Origin: Octopus sinensis
Lineage: Eukaryota
Length of the DNA stretch: 64,000 nucleotides
Direction: 5' to 3'
Assembly (NCBI RefSeq): GCF_006345805.1
Contig: NC_043018.1
Coordinates: 21,018,001-21,082,000 of the forward strand
Shown: positions 22,959 to 35,400 of the stretch, piece by piece
How positions within the stretch are numbered: position 1 is the first letter of the stretch
How the letters are laid out: the number at the start of each line of letters is the position of its first letter
Program-made: the position numbers and the translations under genes
The notes under the pieces: model-generated
What the model was told of the DNA's origin: nothing
Seen by the model: only the letters and a program-made list of their open reading frames with translations
Database searches by the model: none

Positions 22959-25900
22959 CTTAGAAAGGTTTTGGCCAGTATTGGCCCAGGCCATGTCTGA
23001 CTTAATAGCACCACTATATAATATTTACCACATGAAGTACGGATGAAAATATATGAGAAAGATATATAAATTTTTAAATTTTTTATGCAGGGGTTCTTTG
23101 AGACATAATTATTTTAAGGGATACGCAAGGGTTGAGAAACACTGCTCTAGTGAAATGAAAGTGAAAGAATTCTTTTTCTCTGAAAATCAATTGAAAATGA
23201 TGGATACCTGTTGTTACAAAATTGTCAATGTAAAGTGCTTTATTTTATTTATTTTATATTATTTAAAAAAAATAATGAATTAAAATATAGGAATTAGTTT
23301 GGATAATATTGTCAAAGGCATTTAACAAATTCTGGCAAATTTTTTTGTGCGTCTGTCGTCGATCACCCTCCCCATCTTTATCTTCTTTCCAGTTACTCCC
23401 ACCTATCATTATATTATATGAAGTAGCCATGTATCTCCTCTATAACAAGACACATGTGCCGGTTCCATCATACTTTAGCCACCCAACACCCACCCAGCAT
23501 TGAACCACCACCCCATCTCTCAAGTACACTCTCACCCAGTCAACAGGGCTTTCCTTTTCTTGTCTTGTGAATTACTTGGTGACCACAATAATGCAGGTGT
23601 CATGAAAGAAAGCATCTAATACACACTGTAAAATGGTTAGGTGTTAGGAAGGTCATCCATTGGCATTCGGTGTGTTGGTACCTGTTAAACCATCCAGCCT
23701 ATGCCGGCATGGAAAACAGAACATAAAGTGATGATATATAAAGATTGAAGGGGTGCTACTATAGTATAATATCTACCATCCATTTTCTACTATAGCAGGA
23801 TATCTACTATTAATTTTCTACTACAGTATATCTACTGACCGTTTGTAGCATGAAATATGTTAAGAATCATTAAACATTTATACTACAAAAAGAAAGGAGC
23901 ATAATAAACAGTTTGTAGTGTAAAATATATTTAAATATCATTAACACCTTAGTATACAAAATTTAAAAAAAATCATCATATATTGATTTTAATGTTTATA
24001 GATTGATCTGATATCTTTTAGAAAAGCAATGAACGGGTCATTGTTTTTCCTGAGCATTTTTCCAATAATGGCACCTGTGTTGGTGGCACATAAAATCACC
24101 CACTACACTCTCGGAGTGGTTGGCGTTAGGAAGGGCATCCAGCTGTAGAAACACTGCCAGATCTGACTGGGCCTGGTGTAGCCTTCGGGCTTGCCAGACC
24201 CCAGTTGAACCGTCCAACCCATGCTAGCATGGAAAGCGGACGTTAAACGATGATGATGATCCAAATGCAATTGAAAATGTTGAGTAGATGTGCCTCTTTT
24301 TTTTTTTCTTGAGTATTTCAATCTTGGCATCAAGCTACGATCACTCAATAGCTTGAATATGAGCTCCTGATGTCTGGTCCATCTAATTCACTTGATGATT
24401 GACAGTTTTGTGTTGATAGCTGATTTCCTTTAAGCAATGGTAGGTCGGCCACTCAACGGAATGGCTCACGGCATGGTGCTAGTATGAACACCTAGGCTGG
24501 AATTAATTGCTGAAGACCGTAAGTGGGTTGTTTGGCAGAGTGCATTGTCATTTATGATGGGTCGCAAATAGCAAGGTAGATATCCTATAGTAGCACTGAT
24601 TGAAGTGCTGTGCATGGCATGATACTTAATTTTTACATTGCTCCATGTCCCTTCAGTTGTGTCAACGTGGATAGCTCCATCTTTTGGATCTATAAAATTA
24701 AGATAATGATTTACAGTATCCTGGTTCCATAACTGTTGATAGATACACTAGCAGTTATAATACCTATTTCTTTATTACCCACAAGGGGCTAAACACAGAG
24801 GGGACAAACAAGGACAGACATAGGTATTAAGTCGATTACATCGACCCCAGTGCGTAACTGGTACTTAATTTATCGACCCCGAAAGGATGAAAGGCAAAGT
24901 CGACCTCGGCGGAATTTGAACTCACAACGTAACGCAGACGAAATACCGCTAAGCAGTTATAATACACATACCTGATAATATGGGATCAGTGATAGTTCAT
25001 AATAATTAATATTGCAGTTTTACAACCAGGGACAGGTACAAGGACATACTTTAGGCTGCTGTGTTCAACCATGTCAAGAAGCCAGGAACCCTCTTGATAA
25101 CGACCATGAGATATTTGTGGTGCATGGACTTCAATCTATGTCTCCACTCTTAAACCGTTTCTGCCAATCTAAACAGGATGGTCAGTACACCACGACTACA
25201 CATACTTCTCTAGAATAGTTATATCAGTTCACTGTCGTTTCTCAACCGACACCAAACTGCTCCGTAACAACATTGCTTGCAGTTAACTGCTGCCCTCCAA
25301 TACATACAAGATGTACAAAGTGAAGCAGTGAGATATGAGACCCAAACAAGAAAGAAGCTGCCTCTAATACTTTGGTAATGCCTGCAGGCACAATTCTTCC
25401 GAGTTTTCCCATCAAAACATATGTGGCAATTTACCAAACATGTCATCTTATCAGTGTTCTGCTGAATTAGGAATTCTAAAAATGCTAGACTTGTACTTCC
25501 ATCATTGTCGTAATACAAATACCCTTTTTAACATATTTCCTTTCAGTTAGCTCATCACTGTTAATATCGTCTACACTTTTCACAGGTGCTTGTTGCATAA
25601 GAGGTTTAGCCATTTCTTCTATACACAAACAATTTTGAAATTAACTTTCAGTTTCAAAGAAAAACAATCTTCCACTCAAATTTCATTGCTAAGTTTAGTT
25701 GAGTACTACCAAGCATCATTTACTTTTTTTTTTCTATAATGTTGATCTCTGCCAACTTCAATGGTTTCACTTTCTGGATCATAAAATGAAAGAGTTCTCT
25801 GTTTTATGTGGAATAAGTCTCATCCTAGAAAAATTCAAGCAACAACATTCTAAATTTTATCAAAATCTTTTGGGATCTCTTACCATTTGTCTAAGAACAT

Positions 25901-26382
25901 TTTATTAAGGTTTTCAATTCGCATGATGACCAGGTTACATAAATATGAGTACCATATTTAAAGCATATAAAATGTACAGTTTTTGAAAAAAAAATAAGTC
26001 CCCAAAAGATCACCCCTGGTCCTATATGAAAATTTGGGCTTATGTTACATGTTCAATGCACTAAAAACTTCTTGCCAGAATATGTGCTACTGAATCTGGG
26101 GTGTGACCCAGATGTTTGTTTTTTTTTTTTTGTTTTTTTTTTTACTTCATCAGATATGATATCGTTCACTTGTTTCAATCATTAGACTGGCCATACTGGA
26201 GCACCATGAATTTTTTTTAGTTAAATGAATCAACTCCAGTACTTGGTTTTTTTAAAGCTTGATACTTACTCGTTTGGTCTCCTTTTGCCGCACTGCTAAG
26301 TTACTGGGACACAAGCACATCCACATCGGTGGTCAAGTGGTGAGAGACAGACGCAAACACACACACACACATAGATATGTAA

Positions 26383-26419
<37 letters not shown>

Positions 26420-29400
26420 CATTTAATGTTTGTTGTCCATGATGGCATGGGCTGGATGGTTTGACTGGGCTGGTATGCTGGAAGGCATACCAGTCTGATT
26501 TGGCATGGTTTTCTATGGCTGGATGCCCTTCTTAATGTCAACCACTCCAAGAGTAATGAGTGCTTGTACGTTCCACTAGCATGGGTACCATTTGTGTGAC
26601 ACCGGGGTGCGTTTATGTGCCAATTTGCATGACACGGTATCTGCCATGACTGCGATTTTGCTCGGCTTGATGGGCCGCCTTCTTAAGCACAACATAATGC
26701 CAAAGGTCTTGGTCATTGCCTCCGTGAGGCCCAACACTCGAAATATGTATCTATATATACACATACAATGGGCTTCTTTCTGTTTCTGTCTGCCAAATCC
26801 ACTCACAAGGCCTTGGCCAGCCTGGGGCTATAATAGTAGATGACGCTTGCCCAAAGTGCTGCACAGTGGGACTGAACCTGGAACCATGTGGTTGAGAAGA
26901 AAGCTTCTTGCCACACAGTCACATCTATAAATGTATTTGGTATGCATTTAAACTGGCCACATCAGCCCAAATAGCAGCTTTATACACAAACTGGCCAGAT
27001 CCAGCCTCCCACGCACATACCCTACATCATTTGAAAAATAAATGATCACATTGTCAAAATATTGTTGCTATGAGATAATGCATAATTAATTCAAACTAAT
27101 GTGATTAAACAGAAATCTCATTAGACAGAGTAATCTGAATGTTAAATGGTTAAATGTCTGCATTTGTAATTACATGGCCATGTTTAAGAAAATGAAACAA
27201 CAGGCATTTCACATTTTCAGGAAATGAAACTGGATAATCTTAATACTTTCATTATTGAATGCACACACATTACTTTCATTATTTTGGCCGGTACATAGGT
27301 GCTCCTGGCCTTTTTGTTTCTACTGCAAAGAAATAACAGAAAAGCATTGTGACTCTAATAACATTATATAACTTTCACTCAAAGGTGTTATAAGCAAAAA
27401 GATCTTGCTGAACAACTGACTGAATCACTTAAAGTTTAATTATGCTAATTAACTCCTATATTAAAGAACAACTGGACGAATGTTTAATTTCTGGCACCAG
27501 TACATGAATGCACTTCACCACTGTCAACATACATCATTGCTATCATTCTCACTGTTGCTTCTCTCCTTCAGAATATAAACAATCTAATATTACATCATTG
27601 CCATTGCTTCTAACATTGTTGGTATCCTGATCACTACAACTGTTATCCTGCTGTTATCTGTATCCCTCATGGAAATCATTAATAAATGCATAGATGCAGG
27701 CATGGCTGTGTAGTAAGAAGTTTGCTTCCTAACTACGTGGTTCCAGGTTCAGTCCCACTGCGTGGTATCTTTGGTAGGTGCTTTCTACTATGGCCACAGG
27801 CTGACCAAAGCCTTGTGAGTGGATTTGGTATATGGAGATAGAAAGAAACCCATCGTTTCAGGTATGCAAGGACAGATTGGAATCAAAGCGCCTCAGAATT
27901 AATTTAGCACAGACCAAAATATTGATAAGTTGGAAAACAGACAAATCACAGATCCCTTCAGGGAGATGGGTCTGCTTGATATGTGGAAAAGGTGTTGGGA
28001 AAAACTCCATAAGGTGTACCCAGTGCAAGCTATGGACACATATGAGGTGCAGTGGTATCACTTGAAGACTAACAGAGAAAATAGTCTTTACATGTGGCAG
28101 ATGCACTGGTACATTAAACACCAGGAATGTACAAAAGATAGACTCCCTCAATATCAGAGGGGATCCTTAGTAGTAGTAAGTAGTTTCTATTATTTAGGCA
28201 GCCAAGTTAGGATTGGGGGAGGTTGTTCTGAAAGTATAGCTGCTAGAATAAGAAAAGGCTGGGCAAAGTTCAGAGAGCTCTGTTAGTAATGAAGGGCTTC
28301 TCCTTCAGAGTGAAAAGCAGATTGTATGATGCTTGTATATGAACAGCCATGCTATGTGGCAGTGAGACATTGGCTGTGACCTTGAAGATATGTGAAGGCT
28401 TGAAAGAAATGAAGCCAGTATGCTCTGCTGGAGGAGTAATGTCAGTGTGCATATATGACAGAGTGTAAGTGATTTGAGAGAAAAACTGGGCATACGTAGC
28501 ATCTGATGTAGCGTGTGAGAGAGAAGACTGCACCGGTATGGCCATGTGATGCATATGAAGGCAGTTGCATCAAGAGGTGCTGAGCTCTAATTGTGGAGGG
28601 AACATGTGGAAAGAGTAGACCCAGGAAGACATGGGACGAAGTGGTGAGAAAGGATCTACAGATGTTGGGACTCATAGAGGGGATGACAGGGGACTGAGAC
28701 TCCTTGTGGTTTACTGCATTTGAAAAGACATGCCAAGCTGAGTAAAAGCATTGGCTATCCTTGCATACAAGCTTGTCCCCTGCATCCCTCTCCAGCTGAG
28801 CATTCCTAATCTTACGGGCTTGTGGGTGCTGGTACCACGTAAAAGGCACCTGTACTGGTGCCATGTAAATGCACCTGTGCTGGTGCTGTGTACACTCTGT
28901 AAAGTGGTTGGTGCTAGGAAGGGCATCCTGCTGTAGAAACTATGCCAAAACAGCTAGTCAGCTCTTGTCGAACCATCCAACCCCATGCCAGCATGGAAAA
29001 TGGATGATAAATGATTGTGTGTGTTTGTCCCCCACCATTGCTTGACAACTGATGTTGGCTTGTTTATGTCCCCTGTAACTTAATGGTTTAGCAAAAGAGA
29101 ATGATAAAATAAGTCCCGGGCTTAAAAAAAAAAATAAGTACTGGAGGTTGATTCATTTGACTAAAAGTTGCTGATGGTGGTGCTCCAGCATGAGCTGAGT
29201 CTAATGACTGAAACAAAAGAAAAGAAAAGAAAAAAAGATAAAATGCAAAAGTTTTGTGAACAATACCGGCTGACTGTGAGATGTAATTTGCAGCATGATT
29301 AGTTTGCTGGCAGTTAGGCAGAGGGTTGGCATGTTGGACTCTGATATATTTTAGTTGTGTAGTGTTTTTGACTATATTACTGAATCTGATATATTTGTCT

Positions 29401-32400
29401 GGCAATGCTCTAAGAGTTAATGAATCAACATATAGACAGTAGGGCTTTTTAATGTTTTTTTTTTATTACTCTGAAATAGTGATTTAGTACTGGCATTATT
29501 AATGCTATTGAGAAAAAAGTAATACTGTTGTTATTAAAAAATGAAACAAATGTCTATACAAGCATTTATCTATGTAGGACATTTTATTGCCCTCTCCCCC
29601 ACCAGCTACTTGTTCTTATAGATAAGCTTATCTTTTGCCAGAATGCCTCATAAAGACTAGTAATGAGCTCAATGAAGCCAATCCATTATATGTGCACCGT
29701 CTCTTAGCAGCTACTGCAGTTCCTGGAACAATGCATTGCCAAACAGTATCAGCGTTGCTGCAATTTAATTATTAACATATCGAGGTTAATCTTTTTTTCC
29801 ATTAATTGTATTTTCCGAAGACCCAGAATTGTCGAACTGTAATTAAATGTCTACCCAACTTATCAATGGGAATTCCTGAAACCATTGTTTAATGTTATCA
29901 CACTTGATTCCAAGTCTTCTATGAGAAGTTATTAGATGAAGTGTTGAAGTATGAGAGAAGAGGCCAGAGTTCTGTTGCTGGTCACTTACATAGTTCTAAA
30001 ATATAAAGATTATTTGCAGAAGTTTGGCATTTTAAGTGCAACGCCTTGGAAATGAAAATTTGAAGACTAAACATTGACAGACATTCATCTTCACCTTAAC
30101 CCTTTAGTATCAGGATTACTGTCAGATGTAATGCTTATTTATACACATTGTTTTGAATTAATTATGCATTACCTCAGAGCTTGGAGATTTCAATGCTGTG
30201 ATTGCTTCTTTTTTTTTAGTGACATTGTAAGGTAAAAGGCCAGATCTGGCCTGTGTAAACATAAAACAGGTTGCTTGATTTGGCCAGTTTGAATACTTTG
30301 AGGTTAAGCATATTTATTTCTTTCCTTAAATCTAGCTGTAGCTTTCTCATAGAAGGTCTGAATTGAAATTTTAAATCTTGGCAATAATGAAGAATTGATT
30401 GTTGTATAGGCGCAGGAGTGGCTGTGTGGTAAGTAGCTTGCTTACCAACCACATGGTTCTGGGTTCAGTCCCACTGCGTGGCATCTTGAGCAAGTGTCTT
30501 CTGCTATAGCCCCGGGCCGACCAATGCCTTGGTAGACGGAAACTGAAAGAAGCCTGTCGTATATATATGTATGTGTGTGTAGTTGCATGTCTGTGTTTGT
30601 CTCCCCCACAACATCGCTTGACAACCAATGCTAGTGGGTTTACGTCCCCGTCACTTAGCGGTTCTGCAAAAGAGACCAATAGAATAAGTACTGGGCTTAC
30701 AAAGAATAAGTCCCGGGGTCGATTTGCTCGACTAAAGGTGGTGCTCCAGCATGGCCGCAGTCAAATGACTGAAACAAGTAAAAAAGTAAAGAGTAAGTTG
30801 TCCATCAAGTTTGCAGGTGAACAGGCTCAAAAGCACTGACCACATAAGGAAAGTGTCTTCTCCAGTGTATGGTGAAGGTGCATGGCTTAGTGGTTAGGAT
30901 GTTGTCCTCGTGATCACTCAGTCATGCTTTGAATTACTAGACTGGCGGCTGTGCATTGTGTTGTTGCTCCAGTCCACTCGGCTGTGATGGATTGATGCAC
31001 AAGTGTGAGATGGTGACTCAGGAAAATCAGCCAAAATGAAGGTCCTGGGAGCCACGTTTTGTATTCAGCAGTTGAAAGGATGTATAGTACGACCTGCACT
31101 GACTCCCGACTGGTTGGGATTGGTCGTTGAACCGTGTCAATGGTCAACGAGAAGTGTAACAGCTCAAGTCATCCTTGTCATAATTCTAATTCTAGATAAT
31201 TATGAGCAATGTTGAAGCTTGGACATAATGCATAGCTGTATGACTTGGTTGTAAGTTAAGCAGATGTAGACATACCCTTGGCTTTCTTGTAGTTGACCCA
31301 GTAGCACATTGAGGATGTGACAACTGGAGGGATAGTACGCTGCACCAGTAGGCAGCTGGTGCTAATTTTCATTAGAATAGACTGGAGAAATGTGAAATGA
31401 AATCATCATCATCATTTAGCGTCCGTTTTCCATGCTAGCATGGGTTGGACGGTTCTACTGGGGTCTGTGAAGCCAGAAGGCTTCATCAGGCCCAGTCAAA
31501 TCTGGCAGTGTTTCTACGGCTGGATGCCCTTCCTAACGCCAACCACTCCGTGAGTGTAGTGGGTGCTTTTTACGTGCCACCCGCACTGGTGCCAGACAGA
31601 GCTGGCAAACGGCCACGAACGGATGGTGCTTTTTATGTGCCACCGGCACGAGGGCCAGGCGAGACTTAAATATACAACATGTCACCTGATCCAGAAATCA
31701 AATTAACACCTTTATGTTTGTGAGGCTCAGCACACTAGCCACTAGAACATGCAGGTACTTGATAATATCACAATGCCAAATTTTGTCCATTGTCAAGAGT
31801 AGTCACCACTAGTTACCGTTGAAGTCATCTTTGAACAGTCAGCTTACTTGGAAAGAAACACTGCAGTTATTTATGAGTTGAAATTAATGCATATATAGGA
31901 GCACTCCGTCAGTTACGACGACGAGGGTCCCCGCTGATATGATCAACGGAACAGCCTGCTCGTGAAATTAACGTGCAAGTGGCTGAGCAATCCACAGACA
32001 CGTGTACCCCTAACGTAGTTCTCGGGGAGATTCAGCGTGACACAGAGTGTGACAAGGCCGGCCCTTTGAAATGCAAGTACAACTCATTTTTGCCAGCTGA
32101 GTGGACTGGAGCAACGTGAAATAAAGTGTCTTGCTCAAGGACACAACGCGTCGCCGGGAATCGAACTCATGACCTTACAATCGTGAGCCGAATGCCCTAA
32201 CCACTAAGCCACGCGCCTTCACTTGAAATTAATGCATGCACAATTTCACTGCTTTAGCATCACCATTTCATAGTGAACTTATGAACTTTTCAGGCCACCC
32301 TTGTAGAGTTGTCTCAGTGCATGTCAGAAATACTTCAGGCTTTTATTGTATCAAAGGCCAATTTTATTTTACTTTCTTAACTGTCAATCATTGTCAGGTT

Positions 32401-35400
32401 ACAGAACAGCTTTGAAGTTTTGTCTCATTTGACTTGTGTTTGAATAACCTTTGACTATGGTCAATATTTGAATTGTGTTTAATTTTCCACAATAAATTTA
32501 TAAGTTTTGGCTTGTTTAAAAAAAAAAAAATTCTTTTTTCTTTTTTCCAGTGAAGATGAAATCCTCCATCATGCAGAAGAATATGAATCTTTTTACTCAA
32601 CATTTGTCGCCTTATCAGCTCACTATTTGGGAGCAAATGCAGGTTCCGGTAAGTAACTCCTTACAATTGTTGTTTAATTCCCGTTCTTACTTACCAGCCC
32701 GAGTTAGACAGGTCTTCGTGTCTTGCTACCTCTTGTGGTCCTATGTTTATGGTACACACCAATACATTCATATAAAAAGAGTGCATACATCCACCAGTTT
32801 AGTCATTTAACAAAATTTATTGCTTTCATGTCTGTTGTAAAGTTGGGTGGCATTAGTGCCAGTTATCTTTCATAAGCTGGGTGGTTACATGCTGCATCTC
32901 TTTGTTGACAAGGGTTCTGAAATCTCATCTCTAAGTTGTAGTAAGATGTTTTTTCTTCATCATCATCATCATCGTTTAACGTCTGTTTTCCATGCTAGCA
33001 TGGGTTGGACGGTTCAACTGGGGTATGGGAAGCCAGAAGGCTGCGCCAGGCCCAGTCCGATTTGGCAGTGTTTCTACGGCTGGATGCCCTTCCTAACGCC
33101 AACCACTCCGTGAGTGTAGTGGGTGCTTTTTACGTGCCACCTGCACAGGTGCCAGACGAGGCTGGCAAACGGCCATGATTGGATGGTGCTTTTTACGTGC
33201 CACCAGCACGGGGGCCAGACGAAGCTGGCAACGGCCATGATTGGATGGTGCATTTTACGTGCTACCGGCACGGAGGCCAGTTGGGGTGGCATGGCAACGG
33301 CCACGTTCAGATGGTTCTCTTACATGCCATCGGAGAACCATCCGAACGTGGCCGTTGCCAGCGCTGCCCCGACTTGTTATAATATTACTTCCTCAGGTGT
33401 GGCTACCACCAGAATCTAGAGCCTTTGGGCAACAGATTTACTGAATAAAAAAATGTAACATTCCCACAATGCTACATTGCATCCCATGGGTTCAGTCACT
33501 GCACGTCGGTGGCAGTGATGTCCTCGGGAAGGAATAGCAAAGTATATCTTGAGCATTGGTACTGCAGATTACAGCTGTTCTACAGATCACTACCATGCTG
33601 TAGGGTTTCTTGATCTGCACTGTCTTGAGTTAACCCTTTCGTCACTGTATTTATTTTGAGATGTTCTGTGTTTCTTTTAATTACTTTAAATACAACAAAG
33701 AATTTAGTAAAATAACTTAGTTATCATTCAGCTTGTATTAGGAACATAAATTGTGACTAAGGTTTGGTGGAAGATTTTAATTGAAACCTTAAGAAAACAA
33801 GACATTTGTACAACAGAGCCAGAGCCGATTTCAGCCGGGTTGGTAACAAAAGGGTTAAACAGTAACTTACTGTTTGTCTAAAGTAAAATTAAAACTTTTT
33901 GTTTTTTTTTCCCTGATAATTTTAACATCTCGAGAGAAAGAAAATTCTTGATTTATTTATAGAACCAGTTGCTTTTGATTAAACATTATTTTACTAACAT
34001 TGCTTAAGTTTTATGAAGATTTCTACAGCAGCAAGATGTTGCCTGTTGGGCTGTCAGTGAACATTAAGAGAAGTTCACTTCCAAACCATGTGGTTTCAAG
34101 TTCAGCCTCACTGCATGGTACCTTAAACAAGTGTCTGCATCTGTAGCTTTGAGCTAAGCACACCTTTGGATTCATTAAGCCGAAACTGAATGAAGGTTCT
34201 GTGTGTATGAGTATGCATACAAGTGCTTTTGTCTCCTTGTCTTAACATCATGCAATAGTTATATATAAATCATCATCATCATAGAGACCATGTTCCTTGT
34301 TCGGGTTAGAATAATCTTTTTGTTAGAGTTTTTTTTTTATACGTGTTTAATCAGGCATGACCACATAAGACGTTTACTTTGCAGCTACGCAGTTTCACTT
34401 AAGTTCCACTGAGCTGTATCTTGGATAAGTGTCAAGTGATGTTTTGAGAAGGAAATTGGGTGAGCGGCCCAATTGCATACATGTGTGCACGTGTACACAC
34501 ACACACACACACCAGAATCTCAGTTTCACTGAGGTGGACAGATCCTTTGTCAACTTCTATGTGAAGTTCAAAGTTGTGAGATCAGCCTTCACCACTTCAT
34601 CCCATGTCTTCCTAGGTCTTCCCCTGCCATAAGTTCCCTCTACTTTAAATGATCAGTCATTCGGAATGCTCACAGCAGCCATATTCCTACCACTCTATGT
34701 CACGCTGGTGAGACCCATATTGGAGTATGGGATTCAAGCCTCTTCTCCTTATCTCCTCAAAGACATACAGCATCTCGAAAGAGTCCAGAAGCTGGCTACC
34801 CGCATGGTTCATGGTCTCAAAAATTTGTCCTACGAAGAAAGGCTGAGGACGCTCGACCTTTATTCTCTTGAAAAACGCCGCCGCCGTGGTGATCTCATTC
34901 TCGCCCACAACATCATAAGCGGAAAGTGTAACCTCTCGAAAGAGCTGTTCTTCACTCCTGCTCCAGAGCGTCGGCTGCGGGGTCATTCCGAAAAGCTCTA
35001 CCTGTGACGATTTTATCTCAATCGAAGGAGAGGAGCTTTCTCTGTCCGGGTTGCGGATCCGTAGAACAAGCTGCCAGACGAGATGGTGAAGATGCCGACG
35101 ACCGCTTTGTTCAAAGCCTCCCTGGACCTCAAGTGGCCTGAACTCTTTACATGAACACCACCCTGTACTTAACTCCATGTCCCCCTACATGGCCTTGCTA
35201 TTTGCTTTTGAGCCAAATTAACTAACTAACTAACACACACACACACACACACACACACACCTTTATGTATACAAATGACTATAGAATATTATGCTGCGTC
35301 ATTCATAATATGAATCGTTCAACATAATATTTTACAGTCATTTGTTCAAACAAGGTCACCATTCCGCCTCTTGTCATTCACTTACACAATGGTAGACAGT

